Origin: Epiperipatus broadwayi
Taxonomy: Eukaryota; Animalia; Onychophora
Assembly: GCA_028023455.1 (NCBI GenBank)
Contig: JAQFVV010000010.1
Location: forward strand, 1,922,001-1,986,000
Direction: 5' to 3'
DNA length: 64,000 nt
This document shows, one piece after another, positions 1 through 14,880 of the stretch. The position numbers were made by a program, and so were the translations under genes. The notes under the pieces are model-generated. The model searched no databases and was not told where the DNA came from. It saw only the letters and a list, made by a program, of their open reading frames with translations. Each line of letters starts with the position of its first letter. Within the stretch, counting starts at the first letter, position 1.

Positions 1-481
1 TTGATAGTTATTATATTAAAAAGTGTATTGTAATATGACTTAAAACACTAATATGCTGAAATATTTATCGTATATAATTATTAAAAAATAAATATATATT
101 TCTAATTTTTGTTGCATTCTACATTTTATTTGGATTTAAACAAAAAGAATAAATGAAATCAGTAAATGTTTTATTTGTTAGTCTTTTGGAAGGTATTTTT
201 TTAATAAGCATGTAAATAATTTTATGACTTATCTAATATGTAATGCTAAGAATATAAACCTATTACATAGAATAAACAAATCCAGATACATTCCTAGAAT
301 AATTTACATGCCAGAATCCCATGAATCATTTAAATAAATATGTAATTAATGTCCGTCTTTTTATATATCAATGCCAATTTATTTTGTCAGATGTTTTGTG
401 TCATGACATACATTTCTATCATAAATATATCATTTTCTATAAAACTTTAAAATTTGTATTCAAATGACTTATTAGTGTCAA

Positions 482-583
482 GCATTGGTGGTCGAAAGGT
501 CAGTGACCGCTGCTTTACAAGCAGTTGTCCCGGGTTAGCGAGTTCACTTCCTGGCTGATGCTATGACACGAGAAAAAAAAAAA
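482..583 (+). mobile_element. tRNA-derived short SINE, copy 1
   Basis: GCATTGGTGGTCGAAAGG (A-box-like; starts like tRNA-Gly GCATTGGTGGT) ... GAGTTCACTTCC (degenerate B box) ... GGCTGATGCT-ATGACACGAG-poly(A). Homologous copies at 29065-29169 (-) and 41869-41970 (+). Confidence 0.8.
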
Positions 584-2751
584 GACTTGTTAGTTATAAA
601 ATAGAACTTTCTTCATATACTTTTTAGCTCTTCAAATATTCATTTAATTAATGTTAATTATAAATTTAACAACTTTAAAAAATTTTCATATTATTATTTA
701 TTGATTTTTTTTTGAAATTATTTATATTGTGCAAATATTATATCTGATAATTTCCTGTCTTATTTTGAGTTTAGATCAAAGCATTTCAGTTAGGAAAATT
801 TATAGTAGAAAAACATTCATATTATATGCTAAATAAGATTGAATGAAAATAATAAGTATGATCATAATATATGTAAAAAGATGTTTTTGTGGCAGCTTTT
901 TTATAGTAATATTTATTTTTAATTATATATTTTTAATGTTAATAAATATTTAAGTAATAACATGTTTTTATTTTGTTATCAATTTCACAACTTTTTTACT
1001 TTTAATTTATAATTTTCAGTTGTTGTTTTTTTACTGAATATTATTGACAATAAACAACGAAAAAATCCACCAGCAAATTATTAAATAAACTGTCTTGTAT
1101 TTTATGACAAAATAATTGAAGAGAAAGAAAAATGGAAAATGATTCCTTTTTTTTATTTTATGTCTAAAATAAAAATATTAAAATTGATAGTTCAGAGTAT
1201 TATTATTATTTAACATTTACATTTAAGAAGCAAAGAGATAGGTCGATTAGTCCTTAATTTTTTTCTTTATTAACATAAAAATGTTGTAGCAAAATGAAAA
1301 GTTACTTTAATATATTGACTATTGAATATATTTATATAATAAATATTAAAATTAATACTTATTATTTATCATTTATTTTTGTAATATTTGTTTTAAATTT
1401 CCAGGAGCATATGGTTTTTTAAAAAGCTTATGAGGTTTATAAATGTAGATGATAACAATCAACCCTTATGCTATCAATAATCTAGACCTTGTTTAAGGAG
1501 GTTTATAATGCAGGAATAAAAGATATTTATGAACTTTACATGCTTTGATAATCTAGTAAAATTGTTAATCTAATAAGACTAGTCAATCAAAATTACAGAA
1601 TTATTAGTATTATTTTTCGTGCACCTTTAGATTATAATGTAGGGGTTTAATTAATATTTGAGGCATTATAATTTGTAATTGTTCCAATTCTGCCTTAGGA
1701 TAATTTATCATAATGTTTGAATGTTTAATAATGCATAACTGATTTATGATTATTTCACACTTTAAAATCTATTCTATCATTTCTGGTGTTTTAAGGATTG
1801 AAGTTTTGTACATTCTTTTAGAATATTAGAAGTAGTCATACAGACAGTTAAATGATTGGAGTTCATGAAATAATCATAATGGAGAGTTTGATGACTGGTT
1901 ATTTTAGTATGACGTAAAGATAATTTGATTGCTACATTGTTGAAAATTCTTTCCATTTGAATTATAATACAGTGTTTTAAGATTATTAATTAATATTTAA
2001 GTGTTATCCAGGAATTTGTAGATTGCTTCAACTCTTCTTTAAAATAGTTTGTTACAATATTTGTATGTTTATTGTTTGACTGTACCATGATTATTTCATG
2101 CTTTAAAATCTGTGTTATGTATTTAGTATTTAAAAAGTTGGGGCTTTGTGTATTGTATTGAAATAATAATAATAGGCTAACAACCAACTGAATTATCAAT
2201 ATTGTAAGCCATGAAGTGATCATATTAGAGAGTTTGGTGGCTATTTTTTAGTGTGATGTCAGAGTTGATAAGTTTAGTATACAGTGATTTAATTGGTTGA
2301 ATTGTTTAAAAATTGTATTATTCATTTATATATATTAATAGACTGTTTAATATAATGATTTTGCTGATTGTTTATAAATGTGTTTTTGCCAAAAATAGGC
2401 TAAGATTGCAAGGAAATAGGATCCAGTGATCTAATGATCACGAGTAATAATTTGATATTGCTTATTGCTGTTAACACAATTTTGTGCCTCAATACTAAAG
2501 AGAAATTTTCAAAATTTAATGATTACTAAGTCACATTTTTTTACTCTAAGTAGTAGTTGTATATATTTACACTGTATGCATGTATTTATGTATGGCTTAT
2601 ATATATAAGAAAATATTTTTAAAAAAAAATAAAACTTGTATTAAAACTCTAAATAAGTAATTGATAGCAGCTATTTACTACAACTGTCATTGTACAAGGA
2701 TTTGAAATTTAAATATATGTATGTATATATATATATGTTTGTTATTTTCAG

Positions 2752-2831
2752 TTTCATCGAAAGCGTCAACAAATACCTCATCAGCAGTATTTGCTCATTA
2801 AAAACTTGAATAGAAATCTGACTTGTGTGAT
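2752..2831 (+). CDS. Coding exon of Zn-finger/LRR gene (FHRKRQQIPHQQYLLIKNLNRNLTCV+AT)
   Basis: Acceptor ttattttcag, donor gtaagt, 80 nt, open only in frame 1. The terminal AT joins the T of exon 32743 to give ATT TGT (C-V-I-C), completing a CxxC. Confidence 0.7.
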
Positions 2832-4299
2832 GTAAGTATATACAGTATATTAATTATTTCATTTTTTATTTTTTTAAAGACATTTTTTTTTTTAATTTCT
2901 TTTGAAAATGATTTGTTTATTCTCAGAATGTAAAACAACACACATTTAAGTATCTACTACACTACACTGGCTATATAAATACTATTTTTATTAATTTGTT
3001 TTAAAAATAAGTGGTTATAATTAATGCATTCTTTTAACATACATATCTGATTGTATGCAGTAAAAGTCCAGTTACAAAAATCCATAGTGTATGTATAATA
3101 AATATTATTAAATAAAACCTATTATTTATTATAACAAACTATTAAAGAATCAAATTAAGTCAATAACATTCAACTCTGAATACAAATGTACTATAATTCT
3201 TTATGTAGAATCATAAACAATAATGTTATTTGACAAAATAATTTTTTTTTATTAATTTGTAATGGCAAATTTATCCCTATCTCTTCTCTTCTTTCTCATC
3301 TCATCCCTCTTTTCTCCCTTCTTCCCCTCTCTTTTCCCTCTCTCTTGATTTTTTTTATTCACAGGATTAACATTTTAGTAAGGCATTTTCTTAATTTATT
3401 TACTACTAAAAAATATTGTATTTGTTAAAATTGAAAAAGAATAATTGAAATTATCTATCGTTCCATTTTATGCAAATGGTTGCCATTAGAAATAGGCAAA
3501 AGCTAGGTTAAGTAATTCTTAGAATCATTAGAGTAACATAAATCTTTGGAAAATAGTTGTAAATGAAACCAAAGTATTCTAAAAAGAATAGAGACACTAG
3601 AAATCTTAATCTTATTGATAGAATAAAAAGAGTAAGCATTTGGACATCAAATCTCATTGAAAATATTGAAAATAAAAATGATAACAAAGATAGTTTTAAT
3701 AACTTCATCCTTGCATCAGATATTAATAATGTTAAACAAGTTTCCATGGCTGAAAACCTGTCAGGGAAGACAGAAAACGGCCTAAGGCACATAGATACAA
3801 AATTAATCATAAAACTAAGGAAAAAAGACATCCCAGTGTTAAATTGTTCATATGAATAAAATTACGATATCGTTTGTCAAACCGGAAGTTGTCGAATATG
3901 GAAAATCAGCAGGTCGAATAAATTATTTTGAATTTTAATTCGATCTCAATTTTAGAATTAAACATTATAGATTATGACTTAAGCTATCTTCCTGCACAAA
4001 AATCAAGTTTCTCCGATGATGACAGCAGAAGTTATTAGCCCACTTCCGGTGTGATTTGGGGGACCACAAAAAATAAAAAAATATTCAAATCAATACAGAA
4101 TTACAACAAAATGATTCCTGAGCTAAAAAACAATGATTTAAAGGCAAAATTATTACAAATGATGTTTTAGACCTAAAAAGAGACATTGAAGCCACAAATG
4201 ATTCATCCTTTTTTAATTCAACAATTACTGAGATTATTCCAAAGTTTAACAACAAACTTTCAGATTATACAACTGAATCCTTGATTACTAATCAAGACC

Positions 4300-5400
4300 C
4301 AGAATTCAATCCAAAGAAGCAGAATCCGATTAATATCAACAAATAAGAATCATAGTCAACCCTGAAAGTCTTTATATAAAGTTGGATGGGTTGAACAGGT
4401 ATTGTGAACATTTGCAGACACAGGAGGTTGATAATGATTACAAACAGACTTTCAGCTCTATTGAGTTCAGTATGCAAGGTGATATGGACAAATGGTGTAT
4501 ACTCATGGTGTGCAAGTAAATCTGATTTGATTCCAGATTACAATGAATCCACTGTTGCATTGGTGGGTATGGGTCTGCACCCCTCTTCTTTTCCTCATGT
4601 GGGAAAGTGGTCATGAGGGGCTTAGTTCATTTGTGGAGGTGGTTGGCCATCACTGCCAAGCCTGGGGATACCTTCCGGGTGGGTGGAAGTCACTGCCCCC
4701 ATTGAACTTTGCCCTGAGAGGCTGCTGCATCCCCTTGATGGATTGTTTATAGGACAGTGTTGATTTGAGCTCATTATTATATTTGTTTTCTTAGTTAACT
4801 TTAAAATTAGAGCATTTGTAAGGTGGTTGGTCTGCTTTGGGCCACTGCCAATTTTTGTAACTTTGATGGAGTTTTTGCTGCAATTATTTTGCAGGCATGG
4901 GTCTGCCCTCCACTTTTCTTCCTCGGGGATGGTGACAATTGTTAGGGGCCTGGTTTATTGGTGCAGGCTGTTGACAATTTATTGCCGCTACCTGGAAAAC
5001 CTGCCAGGAGAATACCTGCTCAAAGTCTCAGCGTTGTTCCTGCTCTGGTTGGCTGCTGTGCTCCCTTGATAGGTTGGTTTTGGGCAGTGCAGATCTGTGC
5101 TTGTTACTTGTTAGTTTTTTTCCTAGTTGGCTTTCCAATTTTGGGCAGGTAGACCGAATGTGGTTCCTGCACATTTGAACTGTTAATTGGGAGACAGAGG
5201 TACCTATAATGGTCTTGACATGGCTCGGCTGCGGGTCAAGAGTTTATTGTTTAATAGACTTGGGCCTTGGACCTCACTGCCTGTTGTGGTGGTTGGCACA
5301 ATGCTGGACTTGTCTACCTATTCAGCTGAAGCATTTGGATCTTCGCTTCAGGGCCCCAGGGGTGGGATCATTGGGTGATGGATAACTTTTCGGTGGCTGA
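4300..5400 (-). mobile_element. Probable decayed 5' part (ORF1/endonuclease region) of a non-LTR retrotransposon
   Basis: Sharply GC-richer island in AT-rich surroundings. The minus-strand translation has only weak APE-like remnants and no intact ORF. Confidence 0.35.
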
Positions 5401-8400
5401 AATCCTAAACGTTTATCAAATTTATTATTATAACTGGACTAAATATGTCATTATAAATTGAGGAATTAAATATATAGTTGTAAATGCAATTTAATTAGTT
5501 TTAAATATATTTATAAAATTAAATTTTACCTTGCTTTATCAAATAGTATATTTTTTGTTTAAAAATTTTTCCAACTTTCAATCTTTAACAAGTGTTGCCC
5601 TCTTTTTTGGTTTTTTATGATATTTGAAAACAGTTACAATATAGATTTTCTACACATTGCAAATTACAAATATTATTAAAACAATTAAAACAAAAATTTA
5701 TATGCTAGTAAAATTTCTATACAAAAAAAAAAAAAAAATCTTTCAAGATTGGTGCAATATTTGTTGAGTTATAAAATCACAAACAAACAAACTTTCACAT
5801 TTATATAGTAATAGAGATAAAATGATGTTTTGTTAATATTTATTTTTAAGAAACATATTTAAAATTTTTAATATTTGATTTTTAACTTAATCAAGTGTAT
5901 TTTAGAATGTTTTTAATTGATTTAGGATATATCATTTGTTTATTTATATAAATATATTATTTTATATATATTAAAATGTATCTACATACATATATATTAT
6001 AAGTATCAGAGATAATTTAAATTAAATCTATTGCATATCTGTTGTTGTTTTTTTTTTGTGAATTCACTATTTCTAATCAATTTTTTTTTTTTTAAATCAA
6101 TGTTGTATAAATATTGTGATAATTGTGAATGAGGTCATAAGGCATATGAAGAGCATAAGTTAATTAAAAACGAAAAATAAAATATAATTTAATTGAAGTA
6201 AACGAGGCTTGTTTCATCTCAGAAGACCCTAAAGCTATCAATTGAAAGAGACACCTGCTTTACAATCTAATTTGCATACATTATTGTGATATTTACTAAC
6301 TATTAGTGAAAAGGGCTATGAATATAGGAAGATAGAATTCCCGAAAGTGCTCAGATTATTTATTTCTTGTTATACAGCTTCATTAATTGTGTACAAAATG
6401 CAAGCTTAGAATTTGTAAAAAAAAAAAAAAAATTCTGTTTTTTTTTTTTAATATAGTAAATATGTTTCTACTTTTTTTCTTTCGATATCGAAGTTATGTT
6501 TAACAGAAGTGGTCTACACAGTAGTATTAGTGGAAGCAGAAGAAAAAGAAGTAACATATATTATTATTAATAATAATAGAAGAAAAAATTACAGAATCTA
6601 TGACTACTTTACTTGACAAGTACAATATGGAAAAAATAAATAAAATCTAACTAATCGATTTAGAATGCATAATTGATTCTGAAAAATTAAGAAAAGTAAA
6701 TGTTAGCAATGATTAATATAGAGAACTTGGAAATAACTAAATAGTATAAACACAAACACTATAAATAAAGTTTGTATAGTAATCATAGATGGATTAACCC
6801 TATGTTTTCCAGAAACTGAAAATAAATTAAATAGTAAAAACACGTAAAAGAAAACCTGTGAGACCTCCATGCAAGAAATGTGGGGGAAAAATACATCCTT
6901 CATGAAATATCAACAGAAAAGAGAATTTAGTCAAAAAATGAACAACACAAAAAAGATAAAATACTTAATCCAAATTCTGAGTACACTGAATTTGTAGATA
7001 TCTCAAAAGATGATACTGTAAAGATAGACAGTAAAAGTATTTTAAATTTATTGTATAATGGGAGATTAAGAACTCAAGCTACTGACACTAAATACACATA
7101 AATACCTTGTAAATTAATGAATTGATATACAATAGTATACAATCACGTAATTAAAATATAAAAGACAAGCTCTATTATGAAATAAAAATAGGGTCATTTA
7201 ACAATTCCAGTTAATTAGATGGATTAATATTATATGACCTCATATTCTTGAATTATTGGAATCAAAAGTATAACAGGTCACAAATCAACCTTTCATTATA
7301 CCTGCACAAACAAAGGCTTCTTGGCTTTTTCTCATAACTTATTATATGATTCTCTCATTATCTGATTCAGAAGGAATTGGAGTAGTTATTGCAAAAGCAG
7401 GTCCTTTTTCTTCTATCAAAATCCTATATATAGATATCAACTTACTAATAGTCAATTATCATGCAATTGCACAATATAGTATTTGTGTATGCACTTCCCA
7501 GTATCACAATTATAAACAGATTACCCTGCAATTCTATTAGGGGATTTTGATATGACACAACACCCTTTTATATCTAAATGATCACACCTTCTTGTTTTGC
7601 TTTGTATGTGGAAAAGGTTTAATTTCTCCAGAATCCACCACCTCTTTCCATAATGATAGGTTTTCTTCACTTAAAGATCTGTTTTTCTACTTACCCATTC
7701 TACATTTCTTAATTAATCTGATACTAAATTCACCTTTTTTAGACTTCTCAACTCTTATGATTAAACTTAATCTAGATCTCACAAGAATACTAACAAAACC
7801 TTTGGCAAAATAATAAGAGGCTCCTGTGATCTACAGAATTTTTAATCTTTGTCATGCTATCCAAAATATTAAAAAAAAAGAATTTGGATCCAATACAAAA
7901 GTGGATTTGTTTTTTAAATATATTATATACAATAGTTTGTATAACTTGACTTATTTTCCACATCTTCTAGATATTAAATCTTGCAGATAACATATGTAAA
8001 AATTACACTGTATAATACTACATGTGACACTAATGGATTGTCTAAAATAAAATAAAAGATATTTATAGCACAACCATATACCTAGACAAAGGAATATATT
8101 TAGTGGGCCTTGGGATACCCCTCACAATGAAAGTATTAATTAATGATACAGTCAACAATATTATATCAACAATATATTTGAATCACTATATTTATACATC
8201 AAACAGAAACTTCAAACCATGATGACATTTTAGCCCCATCCAGTTTTTCCTGGAGATCCAGATGAATTGGTTTTTATCTTTTAAAGTTATCAAAAATATC
8301 AGACTCCTGCACCCAAATACATATAGGACGTCCAAGATTTATTTTTGCTCACTTGAGTCATTTCACAATTATATTCCTCTCTCATCAAGACAATTTTTTT

Positions 8401-8734
8401 TATCAAAGAAAATATACAATATGCAAGAACTATAACTAATCTTACTGATCTCTTTAATAAAAAGCCAAAGGCAATATCACCTCTAACTAATTGACATCCA
8501 ATATCTTTTGGTCCATTGGGAATTAAAATCAGTATTGAAAGACAAAGCACTCCTTTCATCATGGAAATTTGTTCAAGAAAGGTTCATCTTTCAGACAGGC
8601 TGCTTTATTATTTCAAACAGAACTTAATATGATGTGATCAATGAAATATTCTCCATTAGGGTATAATTTGATATAGAGTTGGCATTTGATTTCATACTGC
8701 TAATATTCTTGTACACATACTTATGGATACTACA

Positions 8735-9435
8735 ATCATCATCATCAACCATTATCAATCCACTGCAGGATAAAGGTCTCTTCAAGTTCAGTCCATCTTC
8801 TCCATTCTTTAGCTTCTCTTCTCCGCATCACCCCTGCACACTTTCTTATTTCATCCATCCATCTCACATGTGGTCTCTTTCTGGGTCTTTTATAATTTCT
8901 TGGAATCCGGTTTAAGATTTCAATTGTCCATCTATTATCATCTCTTCTAGAAAATGTCCAGCCCAACTCCACTTCAGTCTTTTAATTTTTTCAATGAGGT
9001 CAGTAACACCTGTTTGTTCTCTTACTGTATATTGCATTTTTGATCTCTTCTCCAACATGCATCTCTCCGTACTTCTTTGAGTGGTCTGAAGTCTCTGAAT
9101 TGCTCTATTAAGTGTCCAAGTCTCAGATCCATAAGTAAGAACTGGTAAAACACATTTATTAAAAAAACTTCTTTTTCAAACACATTGGCGTATTTGCTTT
9201 TAGTATCAACTTATTTCTATCAATAGCACTCCAACCAAATTAATTCTATGATTAATTTCATCCATTATGCTTCCATCTGTATTAATAATCTGACCAAGGT
9301 ATTTGAAGCTGTTAACTTGTTCTAACTCATCATAATCAATCTTTATTTTCATATTTTGAGAAAATCCATTAAACATTACTTTAGTCTTTTAACATTTATC
9401 TTTAGTCCTACTTTCATCTGATATCTCCTTATTGA
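8735..9435 (-). mobile_element. RTE-clade LINE 3' fragment
   Basis: Minus ORF 8745-8972 WTIEILNRIPRNYKRPRKRPHVRWMDEIRK...FILQWIDNG is a typical RTE C-terminus, followed by a (GAT)n tail. Upstream there are YKYLGQII and LTYGSETW remnants. Confidence 0.85.
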
Positions 9436-9542
9436 AATCTTTCACTATTACCTAATATTATTACTATTATTATCCCTAAATTGTGATCTTTGAAGTTAAC
9501 TGTCTCAATATTTGACTTTGCTTATCTTCTTTAATTTATTTC

Positions 9543-9772
9543 CCTAGAAGTTCTGTTAACTTTTCCTTTTGTACATTTACATTACGATAATTTCTCCATT
9601 AACATAGATTTCCAAAGTAATGTATGCAATTAAATTTATATATTTTTACAATATATTTTCAGGCTTCACACAGATGAATTTATCCATTTTTTAAATCTAA
9701 TTTACAGGGCAGGCTAACACAGAATGAGACATTTATGCTTTTGGATGGAAGCAACACATGTTGCAGATGTCT
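9543..9772. repeat. ~230-bp direct repeat, copy A (copy B at 11578-11813)
   Basis: CCTAGAAGTT(C/A)TGTTAACTTTTCCTTTTGTACATTTA ... CAACACATGTTGCAGATGTC is present twice about 2 kb apart with high identity. Confidence 0.9.
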
Positions 9773-11577
9773 CTAGGGGCTCTCTATATTTTCTTTTAGT
9801 GAACAAGCTACATGGTGAGGGATTTGATGATGCTCAGTTTCTAGTTGTTTCTCATGTGACTGATTTTTTAATTTACTATTTTATTTTTTAAGAACATGTG
9901 CATACATAGAATGAAGTTCATAAAACATCCCATTTGCTCAAAATCTATTTCTTATAGATTTGATTAGCATCTGATAGCAAAAGAATAAATAATGACTTGC
10001 AATCCTGGATTAGATAAAGAATTCAACTACCAGCCTATAAGTACACCAGCATGAACAGCAGAAGTTTATCTTAATTTTGACGCTATAAGTTATTTTCAAC
10101 CAAAAATGGAAATAAATGGGAAATCTTTGCAATGCCTTGCTCCTTCTGTTTGAGATTTAGAGGCTGAAGTTCATGGCATAGGACTATGTTAACTGTTCGT
10201 GAGAAACAACTGGAAATATCAAAACTCAAAAGTGGGTTGGGGTAGTGTTGAGGTAAAACATTCCATGGAATTGGATGAAAACATTGCATCCTTAAGTTAA
10301 TGCCACTTCTCTCATTCATCACCAGTATTGAAAGTATAGTTAAACACCTCATTCAATCCACTCTTCAAAAATCTGTTCCATTTTACATTTAAACTTTTTA
10401 TATGTAGATTTACATCATTTTTAAAATTTATAATCAAACTATAATTTTATCAGTAAATCTTTATCATTTCTTTCACAGTAATATGTTTTTAAAATTAATG
10501 TATCAAAAGAGTTTATTTTTTCAGATGTAATTAAATTTGAGCTTCAAGTTATGTGGCCATTTTGAATAGAGACCACCAGAACTTATTCATCATCATATCC
10601 CACAGTTGGTTTCCATTTATAACAATACAGAAGGAAAGGGTAATATGGCAAGATGGGAAAGCATCATCATGCCCTCTTATCACAAATATAATAAGTAAAT
10701 ATAAATCAAAAACATAAAAGAGCATTATAACAGCAAAAAACATAATTATAATATAATTATAAACTTCAATAAGTTATAATAATCTGTATTACCAGCATTG
10801 AACAAGAGTAATAATCAGTCATTCCTTGTGATTGAATTTAAAAGAAATTCAATAGTCTATGCCAAAGTTAGAGCATGATATATAATCATCTGGATGCACG
10901 TATTTAACTGTTAAAGTATCTCAAAATAATTCTGAGATCCTGAAACATGCTAATCATCGTCAATGCTCAGGTGACGTGGTGTCGTGAGTGTACAAACCAA
11001 CTATAAATTAATTTTTTTCTAAAATAAAATGCAGTGAATGGACTTTAAAGATTATCTTTGACTTTTGTGCCATCCAGAGAATTATCTGGATATTCAAATG
11101 CAAACACCTACAGGGACTGTCATTGTGAATGATAGAAAATATGTATTTACATGCTTAATATATTTTTATTGAAATAGTCATTAGGATGATTTATGAATTC
11201 CTTAAAATCCTATGATTTTAAGGGATTTATAATTTTTTATTGTACTACGTTATCTTTCTGGTGTAGACCATCCCTATTTAATAATTAAATATAAAACATT
11301 TCAAAAATAAGAGATCAGGAAATTTTTAATTATCTAAAACCTGTTTTACAGTTTAGGAGGGACAATCAAATAAATAAAAATCATTTAAGAAAAATTAATA
11401 AAAGTTATTCATTATTACCAATTATTTATATTAAAATTTATTTGCAGATTTAGATATGCATACTACAATATCTTTTTTCTATGGATTTCTTTTCCTTTTC
11501 AGTCCTTTGGCAATTGTAATTTTCAGTTTTCTTTTATGTTGGCTTATTTTATTGAGTTTGAACAATCCTCTTTTTTT

Positions 11578-11813
11578 CCTAGAAGTTATGTTAACTTTTC
11601 CTTTTGTACATTTATATTTACATAATGATAACTTCTTTATTAACATAGATTTCCAAAGTAATGTACACAATTAAATTTATCTATTTTTACAGTATATTTT
11701 CAGGTTGTACACAGGCTGAATTTATCCATTTTTTAAATCTAATTTACAGGTCAGGCTAACACAGAATGAGGCATTTATGTTTTTGGATGGAATCAACACA
11801 TGTTGCAGATGTC
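11578..11813. repeat. ~230-bp direct repeat, copy B
   Basis: Same sequence as 9543-9772. Confidence 0.9.
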
Positions 11814-13295
11814 ACTTTTTTTAACTAGTAGTGGAAAGAGCCTTATTTCAGGCTACAAAGTTATTTCTCACTGTATTTTCCACAGCTGAATTGCTGCTTC
11901 TGCTTTCTTCAACAACTGATTCAAGAATGAGTTTCTTGCAAGACACAGGTCTACTGCTTTAACCTGCCCTCATTATTTTTGGAACATTCTGATATACTAT
12001 TTAATCACATCTTATCTCAGACATGACAGCAATCAAACCCTTGACAAATTGAGTATTTTTACAAAAGGTTATTTGGGATTTTTTTAAAATTAAAAATATT
12101 CATTTGTATAAAGAAATTTCTCTAGTTATATTTTTAATTGCCAAAATACGATAATCTTTAATTTTATTTTGATTTGAACAACATTACTTTTTGTTTTAGA
12201 GAGAAAGTGACAAGAAAAAAAATGTTAAAATCTTTTTAAAAGCTTTGATAAGCAATAGGTACAATTTTACTTATTTATCTCTTATTATTTTTTCTCAAAA
12301 ATTTATTGAAGAGAGGAAAAATATTTTATTTATTTTTTTTTAAAAAAATTAAGAATAATAGATAAAATTACTGAAGAGAGAAAATAAAAATAAAAATCAT
12401 TTGCTTTATTTTATATTTTTCTCTTTTTTACAACTTCATTATAACAAATTATAAATATTCACAATATTGTTTTAAAATTTTTCATCATTTAAGGAATGAT
12501 AATCTTTAAATAAATCAGTACTTATTATTAAAAAATAAGAAAAAATATTCTTATCATTTTCCCAATGTAAATTCAATTTAATAAGCTTGTAATATCTGAC
12601 ATGGCTAGAATTAGCTTCTGACCACAATATCACAATATAGAATTAATAAAATAGTAGCATTCTAAATATAAATTGATGAAATATATATATTTTAATTTAA
12701 CTTAATATGTATTTAATTAATGGAGTAAACCATTCTTCCTCAGGCTGTAAATAGATAACTTTCTGTTGACCAAGAATAGAATGGATCCATGTATTTTTTT
12801 TGTTGTTGTCTATAACACTGATGAAAATTCATAGTGAATCCAATATATCAACCACTAACATGACATCAATAATTATTAAACTATTTATTATTTATACTAA
12901 TAGGGAAATTAAATCTTTGTTTAGAAAAAAACTTTATCATGTAAGTTTTTTTTTAAAAAAAAAAAGAGTGTATAATCTGCCTTGTATATTTTAGGATTCT
13001 CTGTAAATGGCATTCATAAAAAAATATCTAACTTAAAGATTTAAACTTTAGCATTAAATTGATAGTATTAATGATATTTAAATAAAAATGCTTTATTTGA
13101 ATTGATTTCTTTCACAGCAGTTGAAAAAAGAACAATCAAATCAGAAATTATCCAGCAGAGATTGATCAATTTTTTCATTAATGTAGTAATGGATAAAATA
13201 TATAATTTATGGATGGCTCTTTAAAGTACTGTATATCATTTCAGTTTATTAATATATATATAATAATAAATTTGCATAATAATCATTATTAAAAA

Positions 13296-13759
13296 TAGTG
13301 TGTCCCAGTGAAAAATTGACTGATCTCTCCAAGCTGCCTGAATTTTAAATCAACTCCATGTTTTGAAATGACATAGCTTAGCTGTTGAAATTTTTTTTAA
13401 GATACTAGCATGTCTAGATCAAGAGTTACAGCATGAAATGTAAAAGTTTTTTTTATACCTTAACCCACAATGAACCAATGCACTAATGTTAAATTTTGTT
13501 TAAATTGATAGAACTTCTAATGAAACATTTGAAATGATTCAAACTGTATATGACACTTAAGCTATGAGTCACAAGAGGGGTTTGCATCTATGAAGGTACA
13601 AAACACATTGTCATGTCATAATTTGTGATTCAGGTATACCTTAAAATTGTGGTAAAAAATGGCTAAACTCTGTTGTTTCATAACACATGCTTTGAATTAA
13701 AGATGTCACTGTGGACAACTTAAAGAGAGAATCAGTCACTTTTTCATTAGGACACCCTG
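13296..13759 (+). mobile_element. Internally deleted mariner/Tc1-type DNA transposon
   Basis: Imperfect TIRs (tagtgtgtcccagtgaaaaattgactgat / agtcactttttcattaggacaccctg). An internal remnant translates, with a frameshift, to QCTNVKFC..RTSNETFEMIQTVYD..AMS, resembling the mariner N-terminal HTH. Confidence 0.7.
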
Positions 13760-14429
13760 TGAGGATTGTGTAGAATAATTTTTTGGTGACTACATATAGT
13801 TATTGAAATATGGGAGAATATACATTATTTGTAAAAATTAGAAATGATATTAAATAGTTATAATATTTTAGACTTCTATAAGCATAATTTTGATTAATAC
13901 TTGAATAATTTTTTTTGGCTTAAACATTATGTTGATATTTAGTATGTTTATTTATTTGGCATGAGTAATCATGTGATACTTCTTGCTGCATGTATATTTG
14001 CATTATCATTGCTTGCTTCTTTAAGCTGTTGCTTATATTAATGAAAAAGATTTTTTATTTTAAAAAAAAAAATATTTATTGACATAATAAAATTTGTACA
14101 GATGAATACTAAATACACTTTACTAATGTTGGTTCAAATCTATTGCTGGTATTGGCTTCCTCCACCAAGGCTGACTTGGTCATGTGGGTGTCCTAGGTCT
14201 GGCAAATGTATGACAGAGTTATTAACTGCACTAACAGGTTGATGTATAAGTAAGTAGCATTCCATTTTGTTGGTATTCACCCCTTTTAAGGTTGGTTCTA
14301 TAATGCTGACATATCGGTACTGGTATCCACGTGGTGTGAAATCATTCCCTCTCTAGCAGAATCCGGCATGTTGCTCATAGACTACTTCATTTACGATACA
14401 TTATAATGTCGATAAATAAGGTCCAATAT

Positions 14430-14880
14430 TCATGTAGGGTCCGTGGGCCATACTAGCAGATTCCATGTATTGGTAAATAAGAATCTAGAGGATAATATCT
14501 TGTCCTTGCTCTGAAGAACTTTAAGCTTGTCGAGAAATATAGCAGTAGGGTCTGGTGCTGGTTGTGTAAACTTTGTCCTGCATCTTGTGTACCAAAGAGC
14601 GTATGTCAGGAAGGTAGATAACCTGATAACCATAAAGGTCTCCAGAGGAGAGACAGCCCCTGATGTCCAGGATTTTATCCACTGCTATAACGCGGTGTTG
14701 AGAGATGACACATCTAATACTGTTATAGCCTGGACATATATTTATCAGATGATTAAAAGTCTCTTCTCCTCTAGAGCAGGCATGGCAGATTGGGTCTATT
14801 CTATTTATAAACCGCTTGAAGTGTAAGAATGTATTAGTTGACATGAAGCCCATATTAACCTTGATCAGATAATCCAAAAG
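14430..14880 (-). mobile_element. LINE ORF2 C-terminal fragment with CCHC zinc knuckle
   Basis: Minus ORF 14521-14877 contains ICHACSRGEETFNHLINICPGY (C-x2-C...EET..HL...CP), typical of the non-LTR ORF2 C-terminus. Confidence 0.7.

Noticed and set aside
482-583. Bona fide tRNA genes at 482, 29065 and 41869
   Set aside because: Degenerate boxes, variable anticodon loops, a shared 3' tail plus poly(A), and no T-run terminator indicate SINE copies.
1405-1444. Possible upstream exon after tttccag
   Set aside because: Short, with a weak donor and no recognisable peptide; cannot be supported.
2752-2831. Polycomb PCGF/BMI1 RING gene (LIKNLNRNLTCVIC resembles ITELNPHLMCVLC)
   Set aside because: No downstream GYLIDATTI.ECLH.FC exon was found, and the joined exon gives a different Cys pattern followed by LRRs.
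3508-3859. Overlapping 98-107 aa ORFs and the many other short ORFs in the track
   Set aside because: Low-complexity AT-rich translations or antisense shadows of TE ORFs (for example 16532-16723, 16934-17224, 18356-18652), with no motifs or splice support.
12818-12845. CTGATGA occurrences at 12818 and 39035 as hammerheads
   Set aside because: No stem II/GAAA/stem III/stem I pairing around them.
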